From a virus, in the IMG/VR virus record IMGVR_UViG_3300033148_006102, positions 131,109 to 195,108 of that record: a stretch of 64,000 nt of DNA. The stretch is one strand, 5' to 3'. Every line of letters starts with the position of its first letter. Positions within the stretch are counted from its first letter, which is position 1. The notes under the pieces were generated by a model that searched no databases, had not been told where the DNA came from, and was given only the letters and a program-made list of their open reading frames with translations. A program made the translations under genes and the position numbers. This document shows, piece by piece, positions 18,574 through 27,664 of the stretch.

Positions 18574-20297
18574 TCGTCATCAAAGAACGTGCTCAAGGCC
18601 ATGTTATGCGCGTAAGCGCCTTTACCTTCGACCTCTTTCAGCTTTTCAGTCAGTTCCGAACGAAGCGCTGTATCGCCGTCGTCGATCACTTCCTTTAGCT
18701 GAGACATCATATCATCGCTGTCCGCGTGTAACCTGTTGAGCTCGTCTTGGAGGATCTCAGGTAACTGTTCGACGCCTGCGTCACCGATCAATTCCTTACG
18801 GACAGTGGCCGGCAACTTCAACTCGTCATCCAGTTTGCGGATCTGATCAGCCATTTTCTTGAAAGTACGGCTTTGTTTGTCGTCTGGGACATCTTCGCCG
18901 CCTATGGCTTCACTCGGCTTTACTCGACCGTCATCACTTTTCTTGGCCTTGGCCTTGGATTTGGTCTTGGTCTTTTTGGCAACAGGCTTCTTCGGTTCGT
19001 CGTTCTGGGATTCTTCTATAGTCCCAGCTTTCGGATCCTTCGGATGTGTGATCAGGTTCTTACGATCGCCGAAGTACGCCTCCCACAGTGGAGAGAAGTC
19101 AACAGCTAATTCGTCCAGATCTTTTTGTGCACACTTTGCGAACTTGGCCGCGACCTTCTTATCCTGTGCGCAGATCATGCCTCCGCCCTTGATCTTGAAG
19201 ACCTTGACGCCCAAGGCTTGCTTCTCAGCTTCCTGTGCGTTCAGATCGTCAATTACGAGGACCTTGACCTGATGCCCCTTCTCAAACGCGTCGATGCCAA
19301 GCTTGAGGCTCGTGATCTTGGCGTCGCCTGGCGTACCGACACTGTAGGCGCTACCGTAGCGATAAAGCAGGTTTTCAAGACACGACTGTTTGTCATGCCA
19401 CTGCTGTAGTACGACGCCGGTCTTCACGATAGAGTTAAAGAGATCGGCTGCAGTCTTGTTCAGCTTGAACTTGAAATCGACTTCGAGCTCGTCTTCGTCG
19501 GTACCCTTCTTGCTGTCCTTTTCCGCCTTGCCTTTTTGCTCATTACGCAATTCGTCGATTATTTGATCATAGGCGAGTGGTTTGGTGTTCTCCGGATTCA
19601 GATGCGGTAGCAGCTTATCAGTGAACTCGGTACCATTCATGATGCCGTCTTGCTGTGTCTGTGTCTTCAAAAGGCGCACAGCGGAGAGAAGACGATTGAC
19701 AGCAGCGCCGGACAATAACGACAAGTCAACTTTGGATTCGATGAGCGTGCTTACACATCCCACGTAAAGCTTGAATACGCGGATTTTGTAATTGAGCTCA
19801 TTGATGACCATGTTTTCAGTCCATGGCTCTTCCTGGCCGGCGGAATAGTGCGCAATATGGTCCGGCATGGTGCGGGAGAGCTGAAAGGCACGAATCATGG
19901 TTTCCAAGCTGACGCTGTCGCGTTGCTTGAGCAAGGTTTCACTGCGCTGACGTAACCGAGCGGGAGTCAGATTCAGTCGGGTACCCTGGAAAGGCTCTTT
20001 ATCACCAAAGAGTTTGAGCAGGTCGATTTCGTGCTCAGGTATGACGGTTGCCGCAGCCTTAATAGCTTTGGAACCTGCTTTGCTTTTGTACTGTTTCTTG
20101 CCCGTTTTGATGTCGATGATGTTACTGGGCTGACCATTGTCGGAAGCTTTGGTGCGCTTGACAACTTTCTTGCTTGTTTTCTTACTGGCCTTTTTACCAG
20201 TTTTCTTCGACGTCTTCTTTGCTGTTTTCTTAGCTGTTTTCTTCGACGTCTTCCTCTTCGACGTTTTCTTCGACGTCTTCTTCACGGTACGTGCCAT
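18570..20297 (-). CDS. Large protein with a histone H1-like Lys-rich N-terminus
   Basis: KKTS/KKTA repeats over the first ~45 aa; the body was not recognised. Confidence 0.75.
   Translation of the reverse strand: MARTVKKTSKKTSKRKTSKKTAKKTAKKTSKKTGKKASKKTSKKVVKRTKASDNGQPSNIIDIKTGKKQYKSKAGSKAIKAAATVIPEHEIDLLKLFGDKEPFQGTRLNLTPARLRQRSETLLKQRDSVSLETMIRAFQLSRTMPDHIAHYSAGQEEPWTENMVINELNYKIRVFKLYVGCVSTLIESKVDLSLLSGAAVNRLLSAVRLLKTQTQQDGIMNGTEFTDKLLPHLNPENTKPLAYDQIIDELRNEQKGKAEKDSKKGTDEDELEVDFKFKLNKTAADLFNSIVKTGVVLQQWHDKQSCLENLLYRYGSAYSVGTPGDAKITSLKLGIDAFEKGHQVKVLVIDDLNAQEAEKQALGVKVFKIKGGGMICAQDKKVAAKFAKCAQKDLDELAVDFSPLWEAYFGDRKNLITHPKDPKAGTIEESQNDEPKKPVAKKTKTKSKAKAKKSDDGRVKPSEAIGGEDVPDDKQSRTFKKMADQIRKLDDELKLPATVRKELIGDAGVEQLPEILQDELNRLHADSDDMMSQLKEVIDDGDTALRSELTEKLKEVEGKGAYAHNMALSTFFDDD
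19005..19027 (-). promoter_or_regulatory. 23-bp quasi-palindrome, copy 3 (intragenic)
   Basis: Minus strand reads CTGGGACTAT AGA AGAATCCCAG. Confidence 0.7.
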
Positions 20298-20300
20298 CAA

Positions 20301-21206
20301 TTACTCCTTTTCCACACGTTTGACGCGAGACTTGTTGATGGAAAAACATTGGTCGACATGGATGCACGTTTTCGCGAGCATCGATGTTTGACTAGTACAA
20401 GCCTTCGATAACGGCTTGATCGAATTATTCTTGGCCGCAGTTTCCACAGCTGCCAAGCTTTGATATACCCAAGTCCATACATTGGGATCATACGGAACTA
20501 GGAATCCGCCGCCAGCGATTTTTGCTTGTTCTGGGTCGGCATAACACACGATAGCCTGCTTAATTCCGAGCAAGTGCATGTAGATGTTTACTTGAATGTA
20601 GTGAGGTCGAGCGACGTTGCGGATGCTTTCGAAGTTGAAGTTTCCCTTGCTCTTAACTTCAATTACGTACCACTCACCTTGATAGAAGAATACACCGTCG
20701 ACAGAGCCGACAAGGATACCAGTGATATCTGGGAACGAGTAGTGAACCTTGAGTTCGATATACTCGTAATGCTTGTTACCGCATACGCATTTGCCTGGAA
20801 AGGCGCTGAAGCGGTAAATACGGTTGCAGTGTTTGCAGCGCCAATCTCCGAAAAAAGCTCCAGAATAGCCCAGCCATTTTTGGATCATGGCATGGACCGT
20901 GTGACCACGATCGAAGAGACGCTGCGCTGCAGCCGGTACAGGCACAGGCATTTTACGTATGCCCTTTTTGATAGCCTGCAGGTCGTAGAAGCGACGCATA
21001 GGACACCAGTACGCCATTTCTGTGACGTGCAGCTCACTGTGATCCCCGCGGTCAGAGCCTACCTCTCGGTTACGTGTTTGGATGCATTTGTTAAGGACTT
21101 TATTCATGTCAAACGGCAAGGTGCGTCGTTTGACATCAGGGAGTCCACGATCCAGTGACACGTTTTTGAGGGCGCCTACCGCGTCGGCTACTGTCAGTAT
21201 GCTCAT
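20301..21206 (-). CDS. Cas4-like PD-(D/E)xK exonuclease with a Cys cluster
   Basis: CP...; RGHTVH; GSVDG; IEVKS; QVNIYM; C-terminal C......C..C. Confidence 0.8.
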   Translation of the reverse strand: MSILTVADAVGALKNVSLDRGLPDVKRRTLPFDMNKVLNKCIQTRNREVGSDRGDHSELHVTEMAYWCPMRRFYDLQAIKKGIRKMPVPVPAAAQRLFDRGHTVHAMIQKWLGYSGAFFGDWRCKHCNRIYRFSAFPGKCVCGNKHYEYIELKVHYSFPDITGILVGSVDGVFFYQGEWYVIEVKSKGNFNFESIRNVARPHYIQVNIYMHLLGIKQAIVCYADPEQAKIAGGGFLVPYDPNVWTWVYQSLAAVETAAKNNSIKPLSKACTSQTSMLAKTCIHVDQCFSINKSRVKRVEKE

Positions 21207-21207
21207 G

Positions 21208-21705
21208 TTAAATCCATCCAGCAGCTTCCATGAGGCGAAGTAGTGTGCGTTCCGGCAGAACGAAGAACGTGTTGTCCTTCAGCACGGTAGCCGGAATGTT
21301 GTACTTCAACGCAAAGATCATGTCTGCTGACTGGTGCGTTTGGAAGGCCTGGTTTTGGGCCTTGTGTAACTTTTGAATGCTCAGCGAGAAACTGAGCGTC
21401 TTGTTTTCAATAAGTTTGGTTTCAACCAATATGTTATCTAGTAACTTTCCGTCGCCCTTCGCCACGCCGGCGCCGCTTCCAGGTATGGATGCAGCATGTA
21501 GAAGATCGTTGATTTGATCTTCTGTTTTACGGCTACGTTTCAATCGACGTTTACGCTCTGCTTTGGTGGTTTTGGCTGCTGTTTCTTGCGCAGCACGGCG
21601 TCGGCGGTTAAACCGCTCAGCCGAGCCTGGCTTGATGCTATCCAAGACCTGATCAAAGAGGCTTTCGTCGTTCGAGCTCGGCGGATTTGAGGACGACGAC
21701 ACCAT
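21208..21705 (-). CDS. Holliday-junction-resolvase-like PD-(D/E)xK nuclease
   Basis: SGAG..KGD and LVETK motifs. Confidence 0.65.
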   Translation of the reverse strand: MVSSSSNPPSSNDESLFDQVLDSIKPGSAERFNRRRRAAQETAAKTTKAERKRRLKRSRKTEDQINDLLHAASIPGSGAGVAKGDGKLLDNILVETKLIENKTLSFSLSIQKLHKAQNQAFQTHQSADMIFALKYNIPATVLKDNTFFVLPERTLLRLMEAAGWI

Positions 21706-23023
21706 CGGTCCTTTCGTGTTCGATGTTCAGTTTGTAGAACGGGTTATAGTCAAAACGATCTGCGATGTGATAATCCAGTGCAGTCGTACTGAGTTTCATA
21801 GGGAAGATTATCGCACGCATGGCAAGCTGCAGGTCCTGACCGTGCAGCGCGTCTTTGACCGCTCCCTTATTCGGGAATGTACGGCCGAAGAACGTGTAGT
21901 TCTTACCCTTGGATACTATGAGTTCAAGTGCGTTGGCGATGTTGTAGAGTATTTCGTTCTCATTGCACTCGCCAGGTGCATACCCTGCATAGTTATCGAG
22001 ATACAGGCGCCAACTAGCCTTGCCACCTGCAGCACCGAAAGTATTACGACGGACATTGACATCGATTACTTTGCGGACATTGTGCTCGACATCTTTCTTT
22101 TCTATGCCGTCGTTTACCTTGCCGGACATGAAACGCACGTCAGTACATATCACATGCGTTAGGTTTTTTCCACCAGTGGTTGTAGCAGGATCTTTCCTTG
22201 TTGACCCGACCAGCATGCGCAGCTGGTTGGTGTATAAGGTGGTCACGTGCATAGGCACAGAGCCGTATAGATCAACTAGATCGGGGTCGACTTCGGTAAC
22301 CATGTTGAAGCCGTGCTTATGATTTGCGGCCAGAATAAAGGCGTTCAGCTTTTGCACGCCTACAGCGTGACGCGCTTGTTGACCCGAATCAGTAAGCGTG
22401 ACTTCTGACTGTAGCTGTGCGACAGGGTCTACAGCAATGCAGTCGATGTACCCATTTGAAATAAAATTGTGTAGCGGACTACCGACTTGTTCAAAAGAGA
22501 AGGCTTCGCCGCGACGGAAGCATTCAGGATCCAGAATGACACCGTTACGCTCCGCCCAAGCAGAATCGTATCGACCCTCTGGTGAGAGCAAGATAACGCG
22601 CCTACGGATGTTGGCACCGCATTTACAGGTGGTCTGCACTTCACCAGTCTCGAAATCACGGAATTCGATGATTGGGGTATAGCAACGGCGGCAGGTTCGT
22701 TGAATGGAACCAATCGTCGCGTAAAGTGTGCTTGTTTTGCCACCTTCTGCGATTCCCCAGTACTGGGTGAAATGACCATCGAGAATGCCGCCACCAAGGG
22801 CGATATCAAAGCGAATGCGCCAGGTAGGAATGCGTGGTACAAAGATGCGGTTGTATTTTTCTTCGTCTTTGCTGATCCACGAATGCCCGTCGGCCTCCTT
22901 AGTGAAGGCTTTGGTGCGTGCCGCGTTTTGAGCCGTTAGATCTTTTTTGGCAGCATTGGTAGTCTGGGCAGGCCTACGCTTGATCGTGCGGCTAGCTTTC
23001 TTGCTCGATTTCTTTTTAGCCAT
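21653..23023 (-). CDS. recA: RecA/UvsX-like recombinase with a Zn-ribbon insertion
   Basis: Walker A GIAEGGKTS; PEGRYD..WA...GV; IAVDPV; YTNQLR; TTGGK.L. Confidence 0.8.
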   Translation of the reverse strand: MAKKKSSKKASRTIKRRPAQTTNAAKKDLTAQNAARTKAFTKEADGHSWISKDEEKYNRIFVPRIPTWRIRFDIALGGGILDGHFTQYWGIAEGGKTSTLYATIGSIQRTCRRCYTPIIEFRDFETGEVQTTCKCGANIRRRVILLSPEGRYDSAWAERNGVILDPECFRRGEAFSFEQVGSPLHNFISNGYIDCIAVDPVAQLQSEVTLTDSGQQARHAVGVQKLNAFILAANHKHGFNMVTEVDPDLVDLYGSVPMHVTTLYTNQLRMLVGSTRKDPATTTGGKNLTHVICTDVRFMSGKVNDGIEKKDVEHNVRKVIDVNVRRNTFGAAGGKASWRLYLDNYAGYAPGECNENEILYNIANALELIVSKGKNYTFFGRTFPNKGAVKDALHGQDLQLAMRAIIFPMKLSTTALDYHIADRFDYNPFYKLNIEHERTDGVVVLKSAELERRKPL

Positions 23024-23672
23024 TGAACAGTTCTTCCGGAGTCACACCTGTGTCTACGCCAAATTCTTTTGCGACGATCAGTTGTGCACTCAATAGGTGG
23101 TTAGCAAGGATGCTGTTTGCGTGTTCATGTAAACGCAATGCATCGTCAATTGTCGCGTCTTCGACATCAAATGTCAGATATAGCGCAATATAGAGAGAAC
23201 CATACTTTGGCTGAATTGTAGGCAGCTTGAGACCTAGTTCAGCTGATACCTTTCGTAATGCGTGTTTTGGTAAATCTGCTGGCGCAGGCGTCTCTATACG
23301 TGGTTCCGGTTGTGATGTGGCCGGTTTTGGCTGCTTGGGAGCATCCACTACTTCGACTTTATCTACGGTGACACGGCTGGAGACCTTCTTCTTTTTGCGC
23401 ATTGGCGCCTTTGTCTTGATCTTTTTCTTCGTCGCGTGCGAAGGGCCTTTCTTTTTCTTCATCAGCGTTTCTTTCTCCGAGACCGTAAGCGGTCGCGTGT
23501 GTTCGTGAATAACGTCAGGACGCTGTTCGTGCTCCTGACGAGTAATTCGATACAAGATCGTGCCGGACTTGACTACGCACATAGCTTGAGTCCAGTCTTG
23601 TCTACTATGCGCGCACCGATCTGTCGGTACTTGCGTATACGAGCTCGAGCGCGCGTAACCAGTGCTGGACAA
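23016..23672 (-). CDS. Hypothetical protein with a Lys-rich segment (true start uncertain, perhaps 23462)
   Basis: Fills the gap between the helicase and RecA genes. Confidence 0.55.
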   Translation of the reverse strand: MSSTGYARSSSYTQVPTDRCAHSRQDWTQAMCVVKSGTILYRITRQEHEQRPDVIHEHTRPLTVSEKETLMKKKKGPSHATKKKIKTKAPMRKKKKVSSRVTVDKVEVVDAPKQPKPATSQPEPRIETPAPADLPKHALRKVSAELGLKLPTIQPKYGSLYIALYLTFDVEDATIDDALRLHEHANSILANHLLSAQLIVAKEFGVDTGVTPEELFNG

Positions 23673-25030
23673 TTCACGTCGACGATGTCCAGTACAATGG
23701 GATCTAGTTTTCCGGGTAAACTACGTTGAATCCGTCCTATTGGTTGCCGGGGATCCGTGTCCGGAAGAAGCTGAATCATACAATCAAGATGGGTGATGTT
23801 AAGCCCCCTTTTGTTTTTACCAATGGTGCCGAGGACAAGCTGCGCATCACGGCCGGCAGTCTTCAGTTCAGCGGCACTGGACTTGCCATGTCGAAGAGCT
23901 GTGATCACGTCGTAACCGCGTTCGTCCCACATTTCCTTCAACATTTCGATGTGATCTGACCAGTGGGATAGAGCGAGTACCTTCCGTCCTTCTGAAATAG
24001 CCCACTCAATTTTGCGCAGTAGAAACAGATTGCGCTCGTCCATTTGTTGGATGAACTGTGTGAGCCGCTTTGAATCAACTGAAATGTCCCAGTTACCCGC
24101 TTCGTCGCGTTCCATGATGAAGTCGCGTTCTTCGTCTGTGAGCGTGTATGGGAGCATATAGATGGTCGGTCGCATATTATCTGTCGGCATTGAAACGAAG
24201 TTGTCGCCAATGATGCCGTAGATGAGCTCTTCCAGACCATCATTTCGATCGACTGTGGCCGTGAGTCCGAGCGCCTTGGTCCAGCGCACGCCCATGATAG
24301 CCTCTGAGAATTTGTCAGCCGCGTACACATCCACTTCATCGAAGATCGCCAGATCTGTTTTGATGACTGGTCCTTCGGGCGCCGTATTACGCATGAGCGT
24401 CTGCACGGTGGTGACGAGGACATCCCACTTATGTGGGTTGCGACTGTATGTATGGAATGAGCGCGTTACCTTCAGTTTGGGAAGGAAGCGCTTTATTTCT
24501 TCCGGCCATTGCTTGGTGAGGTCAGAGGTGTTGACCACAACCAGCGTAGTTCGCGGCCGTAGTTGGGATATCATCCAGATACCACCGACGGTTTTGCCAC
24601 TACCACAAGGCGCAGAACCTACAACGTAGCCATCTTTCAACATAGGTGGCAACAGCGTATCCTGCCATCCAAGTTGATGCTTACGCAATGGTAGCGCCAG
24701 TTCGAAATCCTTTTCCGGCCGTTCTGATTCTGAAAACGGCGCGAAGAGTATGCGTTCTTTGGCTTCAGGCTTGAGATGGTTGTTTGCCCAATCTCGTGCC
24801 CAGCGCGGAACAATCAAACCGGTTTTGGTGATTGCGTATGCGTAGATTCGATGATCTACTTTGACTCGTCGATTCTTTTTAGCATCCCATTTATGTTCGA
24901 TGGGCGCCCGTCGGTGAAACCTGGAGATAAACACTAGCCGTCGCTTCGTCTCTTCAATGGCGTCTTCAGATTTGAAGGCGTCGTATGGGACGGCGACAGG
25001 GCCATTTACGATAATTGGTAATTTGCTCAT
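23573..25030 (-). CDS. Superfamily 2 DNA helicase (UvsW-like)
   Basis: APCGSGKT, FDEVD, LTAT and GRIQR motifs. Confidence 0.88.
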   Translation of the reverse strand: MSKLPIIVNGPVAVPYDAFKSEDAIEETKRRLVFISRFHRRAPIEHKWDAKKNRRVKVDHRIYAYAITKTGLIVPRWARDWANNHLKPEAKERILFAPFSESERPEKDFELALPLRKHQLGWQDTLLPPMLKDGYVVGSAPCGSGKTVGGIWMISQLRPRTTLVVVNTSDLTKQWPEEIKRFLPKLKVTRSFHTYSRNPHKWDVLVTTVQTLMRNTAPEGPVIKTDLAIFDEVDVYAADKFSEAIMGVRWTKALGLTATVDRNDGLEELIYGIIGDNFVSMPTDNMRPTIYMLPYTLTDEERDFIMERDEAGNWDISVDSKRLTQFIQQMDERNLFLLRKIEWAISEGRKVLALSHWSDHIEMLKEMWDERGYDVITALRHGKSSAAELKTAGRDAQLVLGTIGKNKRGLNITHLDCMIQLLPDTDPRQPIGRIQRSLPGKLDPIVLDIVDVNCPALVTRARARIRKYRQIGARIVDKTGLKLCA

Positions 25031-27651
25031 GCGCGTAACTCAGCGAATATCTGCTTTCCGTATTCGGTCAATCCGCCAGGCGTACCACCATCCGGTGACT
25101 CCCATGTAAAGAAGGATTCACCAGTGAATGGCATACGCTTAGCGACCCACTCTTTCCACTCAGGTGTCCACTCAATGTCATCAATGTTTTTGTCTTTTGA
25201 AATTCCCCAGCAGTTACCGTATTTGACGCCAGCTTCGACTGGAAGCGGCAAGTCCCAGAAAGGATATTCCATGAAAGCTTTAACGAGATATGCAAGTTCT
25301 GGTGCGAGTTCCTCATCACATTCGATAACGATTTCGTCGTGAATCTGCATCAGAATTTCTGCGCGGCCGCGGTATCGTTCGTGTTGCAGAATGTAATGAT
25401 CAAAGAAGAAGATCATGACTTTCAGCAGGTCTGCTCCGCTACCTTGTACGTATGTGTTTACGAGATTGCCTGGTGATACCTGCGATTGCTTGTCCCAAAA
25501 GCGTATGCGTCCGGAAAGTGGTAATTCGTATATGCGGCAGCCTTGTTTCCACATGGCGTGCAGACCGTAGCCGTAGTCTTTGATTTCGCCATATGCTTCG
25601 TTGAATCGTTTGTGTACTTCTTTTGCGACTTTTTCGTCAACACCTGTTGAGATCCGGAATCGTTCGGCGCCACCCATGTAAACCATCAGGAAGTTCGCAG
25701 ACTTAGCGATTTTGTCCCGGTCCATGTCAATTTCTGTGGCCGTACGAGTATGCAGGTCTGCTGTGTAACGACGTAGTCCATTGGGCAGGGTCTCGTATTT
25801 ATTGTATTCGTCGATCATGGCTTTTACGCCGCAGATGGATGCGACAAGGCGAAGCTCGATCTGGCTGTAGTCAGCGACGACCATTGCTTTGCCACGGCGG
25901 GCGACGAATCCATGTCGCATACGTTTGCCGATTTTGGACCGACTAGGAATGTTCTGCAGGTTTGGGTTCTTGGAGCTCATGCGGCCGGTATCAGTACCGG
26001 TCGTATTGATAACTCCGTGCAGGATGTTGCCCTTTTTGCCACCCAATTTAACAGCGAATGTGGTGAAGAGCAGCTTCTTGGATCTGTAATCTTTGATTTT
26101 ATCAATAATCGGGTGGTCCACGAAGCGGAGCACATCCTTACCTGTCTTGTACTGTGGGACGTGCACAGGCTTTTCAGGTTCTTGTGGCTTTTCGGGTTTA
26201 ACTGGTGGCTTTGGTGGCTCCGTGTAGTCGATCTGTCGGTCATTACTGTCTGCGCCTACGCCAGTAGCTGATGTGATGGCACCCTCGTCGTTTTCAGCCA
26301 TGACGGCTTCATACTCTTCGAGCGCCTCTTTGTACTGTGCGTATTCTTCCGCGTAGGCAGTTAACGCACCTTCGTATTCTTTCAGTAGCACTGGGTATAT
26401 TTCGAGATCCTGTTCGTATTTGGTCTCTAGCTTTTCTTTGCGTGTCTTGGACGGTTCGGTCTCTTCAAGTTCACCTGTATTTGGCTTCAAACGCAGGTGA
26501 ATGAAGAGCATGTCTGATACGTCTGCTGGACTGTTCAGAGAGAAGTAGGTGCCTTCCAGATACGGACATCGTTTCCACAAGATCTCGTGAATTTCGTTGT
26601 ACAGAGTTTCAATGGTCGGAGCGATATCGTTTTCGGCGATATCTTGGAATATGCTGCGATCTAGTTTGATACCGCGAATATGTGCCCACACAAAAATTTC
26701 ACGAATACGGCGTTCGATGACAGCCCAGTTGGCGAGCGAGCCACGATATTCTTGCTCGTCAACTATTCTGTTTCTGAGTTTGTTGTAGAGCCTGTATGTG
26801 TACTTCGCGTCGTCTTTGGCATAGCTGATGCATTCATCCTCCCACAAGGCATGCCGCTTGCGTACTTCCTCACGCCAGGCTTGCAGCTGAAGGCGAATAT
26901 ACTCCCAGAAAGTATCCACATCTACGTGGTAGTCACGGTAGGCCGCGTTCAGTTCTTTCTTTTTGGCAGCACGTGCTTTTTTGCGGGCGAGATACTCTTT
27001 TTTATCCAGTTCGCCGCTTTCCATGCGTGCCTTTTCGCCGGCCTCCTCTTCGTTCCATTTGGCTTTCTGTACGTTGTTGCGCTCACGCATACGGCGACGG
27101 CGCTCATTGTCAATTTTGTTGTAGTATGTCTTGAGTTTTTTGGGATCCTGCCAAGTGGCTGCACGTTTACGCAGATCCATGATGCGCATAATATGCGGGT
27201 GCTCAATATACGTTTCCTTGTAGGAACGCATCTTCACACCCAGATCCTTTTTGACACGTTCTTTCAGGCCGTGAACGGCACCGCCGCGTACAGCCGACCC
27301 GGCTCCACGATTGTCGTCTAACCAGCTGAGTACCATGCCGTCGCATACTATGACACGCCATTTCTGGAACGGGAGAACCGTTCGGTGAAGCAGCGTACAG
27401 TCATAGTATGCGTTCCACATGATGCAACGAATGTCGCGCATCTTCAGAAGATCTACCACCAACAGTAGATTCTCCTGTGTTGGTAATACGGCGATAGTAC
27501 GACGGCCGGTGTGCATGGTTATCAGCTCAAGTTCAGCGGTCCATGCATTCTTGCTGGATGCCTCTGTATCGAGTGAGAACACACCATTCTTGACGACTTC
27601 GGAAACGAAGCCTTGTATGTCATATGCGCTAGCGGTGCTCGAATAGGCCAT
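25027..27651 (-). CDS. polA: Family A DNA polymerase with 3'-5' exonuclease domain
   Basis: LDTE (ExoI), YAKDD (ExoIII), TGRMSS.NPNLQNIP, DYSQIELR, AKSANF...Y, QGSGAD, QIHDE. Confidence 0.95.
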   Translation of the reverse strand: MAYSSTASAYDIQGFVSEVVKNGVFSLDTEASSKNAWTAELELITMHTGRRTIAVLPTQENLLLVVDLLKMRDIRCIMWNAYYDCTLLHRTVLPFQKWRVIVCDGMVLSWLDDNRGAGSAVRGGAVHGLKERVKKDLGVKMRSYKETYIEHPHIMRIMDLRKRAATWQDPKKLKTYYNKIDNERRRRMRERNNVQKAKWNEEEAGEKARMESGELDKKEYLARKKARAAKKKELNAAYRDYHVDVDTFWEYIRLQLQAWREEVRKRHALWEDECISYAKDDAKYTYRLYNKLRNRIVDEQEYRGSLANWAVIERRIREIFVWAHIRGIKLDRSIFQDIAENDIAPTIETLYNEIHEILWKRCPYLEGTYFSLNSPADVSDMLFIHLRLKPNTGELEETEPSKTRKEKLETKYEQDLEIYPVLLKEYEGALTAYAEEYAQYKEALEEYEAVMAENDEGAITSATGVGADSNDRQIDYTEPPKPPVKPEKPQEPEKPVHVPQYKTGKDVLRFVDHPIIDKIKDYRSKKLLFTTFAVKLGGKKGNILHGVINTTGTDTGRMSSKNPNLQNIPSRSKIGKRMRHGFVARRGKAMVVADYSQIELRLVASICGVKAMIDEYNKYETLPNGLRRYTADLHTRTATEIDMDRDKIAKSANFLMVYMGGAERFRISTGVDEKVAKEVHKRFNEAYGEIKDYGYGLHAMWKQGCRIYELPLSGRIRFWDKQSQVSPGNLVNTYVQGSGADLLKVMIFFFDHYILQHERYRGRAEILMQIHDEIVIECDEELAPELAYLVKAFMEYPFWDLPLPVEAGVKYGNCWGISKDKNIDDIEWTPEWKEWVAKRMPFTGESFFTWESPDGGTPGGLTEYGKQIFAELRA

Positions 27652-27664
27652 GATAAGCGATCAA

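Noticed and set aside
20301-21206. Cas4-like nuclease as a sign of a CRISPR-Cas system
   Set aside because: No repeat-spacer array or other cas genes were seen; stand-alone Cas4-like nucleases are common in phage replication modules.
25027-27651. Inteins in the polymerase, RecA or DnaB insertions
   Set aside because: No C/S-start, His-Asn-end splice motifs or LAGLIDADG blocks were seen, and the insertions are low-complexity or Zn-ribbon-like.
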